Below, piece by piece: positions 28,575-36,054 of a stretch of DNA of 38,690 nucleotides. The notes under the pieces were generated by a model. That model ran no database searches. It had not been told where the DNA came from and worked only from the letters and a program-made list of their open reading frames with translations. The position numbers and the translations under genes were made by a program. The stretch is taken from positions 1 to 38,690 of the IMG/VR virus record IMGVR_UViG_3300028410_000003; one strand, 5' to 3'. The DNA comes from a virus. Its lineage: Duplodnaviria > Caudoviricetes. Position 1 is the stretch's first letter, and each line of letters starts with the position of its first letter.

Positions 28575-29813
28575 TTAATAGTTAAAACTCACATGTGGAA
28601 TTTTACCACTAACAATAGCTTCAATTACTCCCGACGCTAATCTATGCGAAAACCCCTCAACCGCCACAAGAGCGTTTTCAGCTTCAAGAATCACATTCTT
28701 TTTATGTTCTTCATCGGCTTCACGTTTTGCTATTACAGCCAAATCCGCAGCCCTTTTATCATCAGCTTGCTTTTGCAAATCAGCAACAACTTTTAATCTA
28801 TCGACCTCCCTTTGGTCAGCAGCCTTTTTTTCAGCGGCAATTACAGCGGCTGCATTAATAGCCTTTGTTTCGATAGCCAGTTGTTTAGCAGCCTCTGCTT
28901 GTTCATCAGCAAGGGCTTTCTGTTTTACAAGGGCTTCCGCAGCTTCAGCAGCTTGTTTAATAGCAAGAGCCTTATCAACAATGGCTTGTTTTTTAGCTTC
29001 TTCAGCGGCTATCACAGCAGCTTTTCTTTCTGATTCTGCTTTGTCCTTATCCTGTTGAGCCTTTAAAAGTACAGCGGCGGCTTCAGAACGTGCCGCTTCT
29101 GCTTTTGCCGCCTCTGCTATGCGCTCTTGTTCCGCTTGCGCTTCTGCCTCTTGTTTTGCAGCTTCAGCAGCTTTTAAAGCAATAGCATCATCACGTTCTT
29201 TTTGTAATCTGTCGGATTCGGCTTTTTGCAAACGTTCAAATTCTAATTTATCATCAGCTTGCTTTTTGCGCTTGGCAATGGTGGATTCAATAGCTTCAAT
29301 AGCTTGCTTCTTTACACCCTCCGCTTTAAAAGAAAATTCTTGCCAATCCCTATCATCACTCTTTAATTGCAATGTAAAATTATCAATTTCTACAGTATCA
29401 ATGATATCCCATCGTGATTGAATTGATAAAGATGTTTGCTGGATGGCTGCAATAGCGTCTTGATGCCCCTTAATCCTAGCGTTCCAATCGGTAAGAGGCT
29501 GTTTAACGTTATCTTGAATTTCTTGCAGGGCATTCTTTGCCTTTTTGCCTTTTGCGTTGTTTTTATTAATTTGCGCTTGGTGGCTTTCATTTTCTTCAAG
29601 TCTTAGTCTTTCAACTAGGCTTTTTGCATTGCTGACTTTGTAAGCAAGGGAACTTATAGCTTTGCGCCCTTTTTCAGTAGTTACATCAGCTTCAAATTCT
29701 TCTGCAACTTTCCTAATGTTTTCAATGAACGGATCTAAACCATCGCCATTAAAAAGGGTGACTGCATTTGCATCTTTTTCTTCATATAAAATTACTTCTG
29801 TATTTTTAGTCAT
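28575..29813 (-). CDS. Coiled-coil phage protein
   Basis: DVTTEKGRKAISSLAYKV N-terminus, A/E/K-rich coil and AIVSGKIPHV.FNY end. Confidence 0.85.
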   Translation of the reverse strand: MTKNTEVILYEEKDANAVTLFNGDGLDPFIENIRKVAEEFEADVTTEKGRKAISSLAYKVSNAKSLVERLRLEENESHQAQINKNNAKGKKAKNALQEIQDNVKQPLTDWNARIKGHQDAIAAIQQTSLSIQSRWDIIDTVEIDNFTLQLKSDDRDWQEFSFKAEGVKKQAIEAIESTIAKRKKQADDKLEFERLQKAESDRLQKERDDAIALKAAEAAKQEAEAQAEQERIAEAAKAEAARSEAAAVLLKAQQDKDKAESERKAAVIAAEEAKKQAIVDKALAIKQAAEAAEALVKQKALADEQAEAAKQLAIETKAINAAAVIAAEKKAADQREVDRLKVVADLQKQADDKRAADLAVIAKREADEEHKKNVILEAENALVAVEGFSHRLASGVIEAIVSGKIPHVSFNY

Positions 29814-29833
29814 TTTCGTTTTCCTAGTTTAAA

Positions 29834-30121
29834 TTATAATAAATTGGCAAGGTAATCAGATCTTACTTGATCCCTATGGTTATCTTCTGCTTGAATTTCT
29901 TCAATTTCATTCTGAAAATCAACTTCACATGATTCTGTAAACTCTACAATTCCAATAGTAGATAAAGTTGATCTAGCACTATGTGCATTTTCATAATAAA
30001 CAAGGTTTATAGAAGGTAAATCTTGCATATTTTCAGCGTAATGATTGGCAATAGTCCATGAAAGATCATCTAAAGTTTTTGCTTCAAAGCCTCCTGAATT
30101 ATCTGTATCTGCATTCCACAT
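29834..30121 (-). CDS. Hypothetical protein
   Basis: AAGGACG RBS; downstream of its own promoter. Confidence 0.75.
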   Translation of the reverse strand: MWNADTDNSGGFEAKTLDDLSWTIANHYAENMQDLPSINLVYYENAHSARSTLSTIGIVEFTESCEVDFQNEIEEIQAEDNHRDQVRSDYLANLL

Positions 30122-30153
30122 GTTTAAACCGTCCTTTTTGATTGTGTTAGTTA

Positions 30154-30182
30154 CTTGTAGTTGAGAATAGAAAGATAGTCAA
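30154..30182 (-). promoter_or_regulatory. Sigma70-type promoter
   Basis: TTGACT-N17-TACAAG. Confidence 0.65.
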
Positions 30183-30212
30183 CCTTTATCAAAAGAAATG
30201 TTGTTATAAAGC

Positions 30213-31349
30213 TTAAATATCCACTGTTTGATAGATAATATTAGGAATATGCTCATCAGCTAAAATAGTAACTTCGTCTTCATCAATCCACCTAGATGTT
30301 CCGAACCTCTCATAACAAGCTTGCAATTTGGTTATAGCAGTTCTCCAAAGAAGCTCTCCTTGCTCAAAATAGGCATTTGAAGTTGCATCAGGCACACAGG
30401 ATTTTTCTAGCTCGTAGGTTTTGCATTGATAGGGCGCTTGTGTTCTGAAAAACATAATGAAGAATTGTTTGTTTGAGTTTTTAAGAAACTCTTTTAACCA
30501 AGCATTATCAACCTCACCAAAAACTTTTGCTTTTCCAGCGTTTATTTTTTTGATGATGGTTTTTAAGGCTTGGCTGTAAACATAAAATTGATGATTGTAT
30601 TTTCTATACCGAATATCATTTAGCATGGTACGCTCTAACGGCAAGTTGTAGTCTTGAACAGAAAAAGACTTAACTTCACCTATTGCCTCAGGTCGCACAG
30701 CGTCAATCATGCACTTGCACATGATGCCAGTTTCTTCATCTTTCCATATAATCACAACTTCAGACATTGAGTTTTCCAAGATAGTTGGAATGCGTTTTTT
30801 TCTTTTTAGAGATGTTTTTATTCCCTCTAAAATTTCAACATCTCCACTTGATAAAATTCGTTTACCCGTCTTTTCAACGTCATAATTAAAATCATTTATG
30901 ACTTCATCCCAGATAATGTGTGTCTTTGGGTTAAGATATCCTAATGCCCTTTCTATTAAATCTTCTTTTTTGCCCGTTATATTTTCTCCAACTAAAGTAA
31001 GAAATGCTTTTATATCTTTAGATGTTTCTAATATTTCCTTTCCATGATAATCAGAAGGAGTGGGGGGTTGTGCGTATAAAGATTTAAACTTAATCGGCTC
31101 TAGTAACATACTATGGATTGCTGTTCCTAGCTCCATCGCCGGTGTTGTTTTTTGCGGCTTGCAGTTCGGATTCATAGCGGAATCTTCCCAGAATTGTTCA
31201 ACGCTAAAAAGCAGCTTATCGGCTCCTGATCTGCTGAAATAAGGAATCTTAAAATATTCGGCTTCAGGCATATTAAAATATAAACCTTCTTTGTATGGCG
31301 TAGATGAATTTTCTTCTGTTGGTTTTTTTTCTTGGATTAATTCACACAT
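30213..31349 (-). CDS. RecE/exonuclease VIII-like PD-(D/E)xK nuclease (DUF3799-like)
   Basis: AMELGTAIHSMLLEP, SEVVIIW.D..TG..CKC.ID and EVKS motifs. Confidence 0.85.
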   Translation of the reverse strand: MCELIQEKKPTEENSSTPYKEGLYFNMPEAEYFKIPYFSRSGADKLLFSVEQFWEDSAMNPNCKPQKTTPAMELGTAIHSMLLEPIKFKSLYAQPPTPSDYHGKEILETSKDIKAFLTLVGENITGKKEDLIERALGYLNPKTHIIWDEVINDFNYDVEKTGKRILSSGDVEILEGIKTSLKRKKRIPTILENSMSEVVIIWKDEETGIMCKCMIDAVRPEAIGEVKSFSVQDYNLPLERTMLNDIRYRKYNHQFYVYSQALKTIIKKINAGKAKVFGEVDNAWLKEFLKNSNKQFFIMFFRTQAPYQCKTYELEKSCVPDATSNAYFEQGELLWRTAITKLQACYERFGTSRWIDEDEVTILADEHIPNIIYQTVDI

Positions 31350-31380
31350 TTTTCACGTCCTTTTTATGTGGTTATTTCTT
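31347..31380. repeat. Stop-RBS-start boundary repeat (copy at 31936-31967)
   Basis: CAT-T(3-4)-CACGTCC-T(4-5)-ATGTGGTTATTTCTT on both sides of the Cys-repeat gene. Confidence 0.9.
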
Positions 31381-31938
31381 TTCGGCTAGTTTCTTCATAT
31401 CTGCCATCGCATCCTCGTTACTACCGTAAAATTTTGCAGGGTTTATTCGATACCCCGATTCTCGATAAATTAATTGTGCTGCAAGAGCTGTATTAAAGTA
31501 TTCTTCTAACTCCAAACCCTCTTTACCTGCTAAAGTTACAACCCAGCCAGCCCGACAATGCGTAGTACTGCATGTATGCCAATCCTGCATATCTAGCGCA
31601 TCTGGCTTATTAGCCGCAGCGTAAACAACTTTGTGTATATTCTTTATCGAGGGTATTTTTGGCTTTTCTCCTTCTTTATTTACGTCTGAGCTGCAAGATC
31701 TGCAATAGATGCAAGATCTACAAGAGCTACAATGTCTGCAAAAGATGCAATAGCGGCAAGAGACGCAAGAGCTGGAAGAGCAGCAAGAGACGCAATCGAT
31801 GCAAGAGACGCAATCGATGCAATTAACGCAGTTCTTGCAATCAACAAGGCTATCTAGTGCCGCCTGTGCTTTCTCTTTAGTTCCGAAATACTCAACTGAG
31901 CATCTGTTGCCGTCCTTGTCTTTAATCCATGTGGTCAT
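31372..31938 (-). CDS. CxxCxx-repeat protein with a C-terminal WHTC.TTHCRAGW domain
   Basis: 17 tandem 9-bp units at 31693-31839; start reassigned to the ATG at 31938 by RBS spacing. Confidence 0.85.
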   Translation of the reverse strand: MTTWIKDKDGNRCSVEYFGTKEKAQAALDSLVDCKNCVNCIDCVSCIDCVSCCSSSSCVSCRYCIFCRHCSSCRSCIYCRSCSSDVNKEGEKPKIPSIKNIHKVVYAAANKPDALDMQDWHTCSTTHCRAGWVVTLAGKEGLELEEYFNTALAAQLIYRESGYRINPAKFYGSNEDAMADMKKLAEKK

Positions 31939-31958
31939 TTTCACGTCCTTTTATGTGG

Positions 31959-32378
31959 TTATTTCTTCATTTTACATTCAATTTGCAAAGTTGTAATAGC
32001 ATCTTCTAGTTCAATTATATTATTAAGTTGGGGGCAAATAGTAGCAGCTTTTTTTCTGTCAAACAGTCCAGCGTGTGACAAATAAGGAGAATATCCATTA
32101 CTGCCATCTTTCCAGTAAGCCTTATCTTTTTTACTCCATATTAAAACTTTATCACCCATTTCAGCACTCCCAGCTTCAAGGGGTTTATCTCTTTGTTTTA
32201 AGTATTCGTCTGCGACTTGGAATGCATCTGTAACTACTGGCATATAATCACCGTCATCAACCCATGGATTACTTGGACCGTTTCCATTTGCCAAAAACCC
32301 CTGTATTGCAGCTATTGCCACTTTATCTCTTAAATCAGTTTGTTTTTGCATTGCAATTATTGTTTGTTTATCGTTCAT
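31959..32378 (-). CDS. Phage hypothetical protein
   Basis: LRD..A.AA.QG...A...AD..L..R motif. Confidence 0.75.
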   Translation of the reverse strand: MNDKQTIIAMQKQTDLRDKVAIAAIQGFLANGNGPSNPWVDDGDYMPVVTDAFQVADEYLKQRDKPLEAGSAEMGDKVLIWSKKDKAYWKDGSNGYSPYLSHAGLFDRKKAATICPQLNNIIELEDAITTLQIECKMKK

Positions 32379-32379
32379 A

Positions 32380-32562
32380 TTATTTACCTTGGGTTAAGTA
32401 GAAAAATGCCGTTAAAGCTGCGAATAGAGCCACCAAAAGAGCAAGCAATACAATCTTAAAGCTTATATATGCGAGTATAAACCATATGCCCATTATAGTT
32501 AGGTAGAACATGGTGAATAGATAAGCCGTTACGGTAATTGCCTTTAATAATCTTTTAATCAT
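32380..32562 (-). CDS. Small two-helix membrane protein
   Basis: 60 aa, almost entirely hydrophobic; GAGGT RBS. Confidence 0.7.
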   Translation of the reverse strand: MIKRLLKAITVTAYLFTMFYLTIMGIWFILAYISFKIVLLALLVALFAALTAFFYLTQGK

Positions 32563-33046
32563 TTTTTACCTCGCTTAATAATTGATCTCGAATCTTTAAC
32601 TTTTCAACAAGCGGTTTATCCGCCATTTCTAAATTGATTTCTTTAGCGCAAAGAACAAGGTTATCAAGATTGTTTTTACCGCCTTTTGAAACTGGTATTA
32701 AATGTTCAATGCTCATATTTTCCGGCTTTAAAGTTACCGCTGTATAAAAACAAGATAACCCATCACGCACAATAATATTTTCTTTCATTTGGTTATCAAA
32801 TCTTTTGCGCGCATTCCCAGAAACATTAATCCGCTTTTTATCCAAAAAACTATAATAGACTTTTTGAGCCTCTTCATTGCTATACGAGTAATTACCCCGT
32901 TTATTATTATAAATAACACAAACTATTTCATTCGCAACAAAGCGAAAAGCCTCATAAGGGTTAGTTTTGGGCTTCTTTTCCGCGCCTATCCAATCAAGAT
33001 ATATATCAAAATCTTTAAAGTGTTTTTCTACTGTTTTTTTTGCCAT
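32555..33046 (-). CDS. HNH endonuclease with extra N-terminal domain
   Basis: RDG..CFY, SIEHLIPVSKGGKNNLDNLVL..N. Confidence 0.85.
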   Translation of the reverse strand: MAKKTVEKHFKDFDIYLDWIGAEKKPKTNPYEAFRFVANEIVCVIYNNKRGNYSYSNEEAQKVYYSFLDKKRINVSGNARKRFDNQMKENIIVRDGLSCFYTAVTLKPENMSIEHLIPVSKGGKNNLDNLVLCAKEINLEMADKPLVEKLKIRDQLLSEVKND

Positions 33047-33070
33047 TATTATGACCGTCCTTTAATTAAT

Positions 33071-33172
33071 TTAATATGGAATTAACCAAGATATTTCATA
33101 GACTATTCGGAAAGTTAGAGCCATAAGCCCTAGACCTGTAAATATAACGATTGGTACAAATAACTTTTTCAT
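33071..33172 (-). CDS. 33-aa membrane peptide (not in ORF track)
   Basis: AGGTG RBS; MKKLFVPIVIFTGLGLMALTFRIVYEISWLIPY. Confidence 0.6.
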   Translation of the reverse strand: MKKLFVPIVIFTGLGLMALTFRIVYEISWLIPY

Positions 33173-33193
33173 ATTTCACCTATATTAATTAGA

Positions 33194-33307
33194 TTAAAAA
33201 GCCGGGCAATAAGCCCCGACACAATCGCTATAACGAACAGCAATTAAGCCTGTTATAATAACCACTGTTAAAGTTATTGCTGCTGCTTTTATGATAGATT
33301 CTGACAT
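33194..33307 (-). CDS. 37-aa membrane peptide (not in ORF track)
   Basis: TAATG coupling to the upstream gene; MSESIIKAAAITLTVVIITGLIAVRYSDCVGAYCPAF. Confidence 0.6.
   Translation of the reverse strand: MSESIIKAAAITLTVVIITGLIAVRYSDCVGAYCPAF
33196..33220 (-). terminator. Possible intrinsic terminator
   Basis: GTCGGGGC-TTATT-GCCCGGC-TTTTT on the minus strand. Confidence 0.55.
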
Positions 33308-33621
33308 TATTTACCTTCTGCTTCATTGATTGCTTTTTGAACAGCGTTACAAGCTGCATGAAATTCTTCATAATCATCAAACATGATCTTGTGCATCTTA
33401 ACCCCCCTTAAAGCTTCCAGCATCTTTGGAGCTGCTTTGATTAGGTTCATATTTGCATGATCCGAATCAGAATCTGATGCTACGTTTTCGCTTTCAGAAT
33501 ATATTAACAGGCTTCTATCGCCTTCATCGTGTGCTGAAAAAGCTATAGCTGTTTGCGCTCCATCCATACCATGTTTTTGTTTACACAATATCCAAGGTGC
33601 GGGGGTGTGACTATTTGACAT
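33307..33621 (-). CDS. Phage hypothetical protein
   Basis: HTPAPW ... AN..LI.AAP.MLEAL family motif. Confidence 0.8.
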   Translation of the reverse strand: MSNSHTPAPWILCKQKHGMDGAQTAIAFSAHDEGDRSLLIYSESENVASDSDSDHANMNLIKAAPKMLEALRGVKMHKIMFDDYEEFHAACNAVQKAINEAEGK

Positions 33622-33681
33622 ACTTAATACCTAGTTTAAGATTAAAGAAAGCCTTTTTAAAACATGCCAAGGTTCAATAGT

Positions 33682-33948
33682 TTATACAACCGTTACAAGA
33701 TATCCTTTTTTTTGCTTTTCTGCGCATTCTGCTAATTTGACTTTTTCGCCGTCTAGGTAAATATCTTTAGGGTTGTAGCTGAATAGTGGCGTGATATACG
33801 ACTTCTTACCTTCTTTAAGCAAGTTTCGTTTATGCGATTCCGCACCTGATTGCGATGGGAAAGAACGCCCTTGTTCACCATAAGCAGCATTTAATTCTGC
33901 CGGTGAAATGTGGAATTTGTGCGATTCAAATACTTTAGCTCTAATCAT
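33682..33948 (-). CDS. Hypothetical protein, first gene of the leftward early operon
   Basis: AAGGT RBS; downstream of the strong leftward promoter. Confidence 0.75.
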   Translation of the reverse strand: MIRAKVFESHKFHISPAELNAAYGEQGRSFPSQSGAESHKRNLLKEGKKSYITPLFSYNPKDIYLDGEKVKLAECAEKQKKGYLVTVV

Positions 33949-33993
33949 TTTATTACCTTAATTTTAAGTTATGGCGTTAATTGCCTGTTAAAA

Positions 33994-34022
33994 CTTATAC
34001 GGTATATTTTATAACCTGTCAA
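33994..34022 (-). promoter_or_regulatory. Strong leftward sigma70 promoter
   Basis: TTGACA-N17-TATAAG; TATAC-G-GTATA palindrome over the -10. Confidence 0.8.
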
Positions 34023-34082
34023 CCGCCTAATCGGCAATTCTTTTGATTTGCTCGAGCTATATACACAATTAATTATTGTACA

Positions 34083-34110
34083 TTGCATTAAAGATCAAAC
34101 GATATACAAT
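34083..34110 (+). promoter_or_regulatory. Promoter of the candidate sRNA
   Basis: TTGCAT-N16-TACAAT. Confidence 0.55.
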
Positions 34111-34113
34111 ATT

Positions 34114-34184
34114 TAGTAGGCACTTTGTGAACTCGTCCTTCATGTGGTTGCTATGGGGTGTGTTTCTCCTAGTTTACACACCCC
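34114..34184 (+). ncRNA. Candidate two-hairpin anti-RBS small RNA
   Basis: Hairpin 1 at 34114-34153 (loop CUCGUCC) and hairpin 2 at 34155-34184 (perfect 9-bp stem, loop UUCUCCUAGUUU); loops are complementary to many phage RBSs. Confidence 0.6.
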
Positions 34185-34208
34185 GACACAAATCTGATTA
34201 TATTTCTA

Positions 34209-34237
34209 TTGCAATCCCGTTTTCTTTTGTTTAAAGT
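34209..34237 (+). promoter_or_regulatory. Rightward promoter for the cro-like gene
   Basis: TTGCAA-N17-TAAAGT. Confidence 0.55.
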
Positions 34238-34272
34238 CGTAGATATCAACATTTATTTTATGGACGTACACA

Positions 34273-34491
34273 ATGACAAAGAAGAAACACGAGCTTAATC
34301 AATTTGTAAAACATGGCGTAGAGCAGTTTTCTGTTCGGCTGATTCGTGCTGGAAAAAAGAAATATGAACTTGCTGAATCCACCGGACTAAATAGCGGGAC
34401 TATATCACAAATACTAGGCTTGAAGTCTAAGAATCCACACAAATCATCTTTAGAAAGTATTGAAAAGGCGTTGCAAAGTTGGGGTGTGTAA
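34273..34491 (+). CDS. Cro-like HTH regulator
   Basis: ELAESTGLNSGTISQIL...NP..SSLESIEKAL; first gene of the rightward operon. Confidence 0.8.
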   Translation: MTKKKHELNQFVKHGVEQFSVRLIRAGKKKYELAESTGLNSGTISQILGLKSKNPHKSSLESIEKALQSWGV

Positions 34492-34519
34492 AACCACTTG
34501 AAAAACCAACAAAAGGAGA

Positions 34520-34759
34520 ATGATTGTGACTGATGAATTAAAACAACAAATAATAGATTCTATAAACAATGAAAATTGCAATCAGTATGTTTATTTAGAG
34601 CAAGAAGACGGCGCAATAGCTCTAAAGGGTAATTATTCCGACGACGTTGGCTTGAAGTTTATGAAGGTGATGGCGATTGAAAGACCTGCTGTGTATAGGC
34701 AGTTTAAAAAATGGGATGGAAAACCACCTAGAAAACCACTTGTAAAGCCCACTGAATAG
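34520..34759 (+). CDS. Hypothetical protein
   Basis: AAGGAG RBS; 79 aa. Confidence 0.75.
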   Translation: MIVTDELKQQIIDSINNENCNQYVYLEQEDGAIALKGNYSDDVGLKFMKVMAIERPAVYRQFKKWDGKPPRKPLVKPTE

Positions 34760-34781
34760 CCTATAATAATAAAACAATATC

Positions 34782-34845
34782 GGGGCTAGGTTAATGTTTA
34801 GCGGCATTGACGACAAAAGGAGTACCCTTACAGCACTCCTGCCCC
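34782..34845 (+). ncRNA. C4-antisense-like three-stem RNA upstream of the replication initiator
   Basis: GGGGC/GCCCC closing stem around two hairpins; loop CCUUACAGC is complementary to 34857-34862 and 34867-34873; upstream TTGTAA-N16-TATAAT at 34740-34767. Confidence 0.6.
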
Positions 34846-34880
34846 ACTCTTAAAAAGCTGTATCCGTGTAAGGAGGAATT

Positions 34881-35618
34881 GTGACTGGATGGATTAAATT
34901 ACATAGAAGTTTATTAGATTGGGAATGGTTCGACGACCACAACACTTTCCGACTGTTCACATATATATTATTAAAAGCTAATTTTGAGCCGAAAAAATGG
35001 CATGGGATATCTATTGCCCGAGGTCAGCTTTTAACAAGTTTACCTACGCTTGCATCAGAAACTGGTTTATCACTGCAAACAATACGCACATCATTAACTA
35101 AGCTAAAATCAACAGGCGAACTAACAGACAAACCAACATCCAAAAATAGGGTGTTAACCGTTGTTAATTATAATGATTTTCAGTCAATGGAAGTAGCGTT
35201 AACAGGCAAATCAACAGACAACCTAACAGACAAGCAACAGACAACTAACAGACAACTAACATCTACTAAAGAAGTAAAGAATATAAAGAAGGAAAGAAAG
35301 AAAGAATTAAGTAGACCTAAAGTCAGCCTTGAAGAGTTATCTGTAAATCATATTGCCGACTGGTTAGCTAAAAAAAGAACTCAAGGTAAATATCTAAATC
35401 ACAATGAACACGACATACTAGAAACGTTTAAGAATTACGTAGAATCAAAACAGAAAGTAGGAAAACCATTATATGAAAACTTTATCGCAGCATACAGAAA
35501 CTCTTTTGAATGGGATAGAAGCCAGCCAAAAGCAGGAACTCTTAACCCAGACAAGCACCAAAGAACCCTTGAAGCAGCAACGAGAGGACACATCAGAGCA
35601 AAAAACCTTGATTTCTGA
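34881..35618 (+). CDS. Phage replication initiator
   Basis: GWIKLHRSLLDWEW, LLKAN, RGQ..TS...LA wHTH; AAGGAGG RBS; internal iterons. Confidence 0.9.
   Translation: MTGWIKLHRSLLDWEWFDDHNTFRLFTYILLKANFEPKKWHGISIARGQLLTSLPTLASETGLSLQTIRTSLTKLKSTGELTDKPTSKNRVLTVVNYNDFQSMEVALTGKSTDNLTDKQQTTNRQLTSTKEVKNIKKERKKELSRPKVSLEELSVNHIADWLAKKRTQGKYLNHNEHDILETFKNYVESKQKVGKPLYENFIAAYRNSFEWDRSQPKAGTLNPDKHQRTLEAATRGHIRAKNLDF
35109..35264 (+). repeat. Iteron array, putative replication origin
   Basis: AACAG(A/G)C units at 35111, 35123, 35201, 35213, 35225, 35236 and 35247 with 11-12 bp spacing, followed by an A-rich tract. Confidence 0.75.
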
Positions 35619-36051
35619 TAGTGATGAGGATTCTTTAAAGTTAACACGATTGGTGACGACTTGTTACGAGGCTTTAAACGTGTACGGAAAAACACCTGAG
35701 CAGCTAGAAGCAATTATTGCAATTATGCAAATGGACTTAGAGGATTATACTTATTCGGTGGTAAGAGAAGCCTTTAAGATTTACCGAAAAACAAATTCAG
35801 CAATGCCTACGACTGCTGACATTGTAAAAATCATAGAGCCGCCACAAGAGGTGCCCAAATGGTGTGGAGCAACTTACATCCAGCTTTGCAAAAGAAAGCG
35901 TGAAAATCAATTTATGTTGCTTGAGGAGGAAAAGTACATGGCTGATTTTATTCAAGCTAGGATATCAGCGCCGGAGGAACAAAGGGGATTAATTGAAAAT
36001 GCAATTAGTGATAATGCTATTGCTGATAAACGTTATTGGATAGAGGGATAG
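35473..36051 (+). CDS. Putative helicase loader/inhibitor (G39P / lambda P-like)
   Basis: L.DY....V.EAF......MPT.ADI motif; follows the initiator; true start may be further downstream. Confidence 0.6.
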   Translation: MKTLSQHTETLLNGIEASQKQELLTQTSTKEPLKQQREDTSEQKTLISDSDEDSLKLTRLVTTCYEALNVYGKTPEQLEAIIAIMQMDLEDYTYSVVREAFKIYRKTNSAMPTTADIVKIIEPPQEVPKWCGATYIQLCKRKRENQFMLLEEEKYMADFIQARISAPEEQRGLIENAISDNAIADKRYWIEG

Positions 36052-36054
36052 ATT

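Noticed and set aside
4615-31938. Diversity-generating retroelement behind the two variable-looking repeat genes
   Set aside because: No reverse transcriptase and no TR/VR pair differing only at adenines was seen
33071-33087. CtrA box TTAA-N7-TTAACC
   Set aside because: Single hit in very AT-rich DNA overlapping a small ORF's stop; expected by chance
34069-34143. Short minus-strand ORFs (24 aa and 11 aa) across the sRNA locus
   Set aside because: RBS spacing is poor, no minus-strand promoter was identified, and G-U pairs favour the + strand RNA; not fully excluded
35109-35264. CRISPR-like array
   Set aside because: Units are 11-12 bp without unique spacers and lie inside the initiator gene; better explained as iterons
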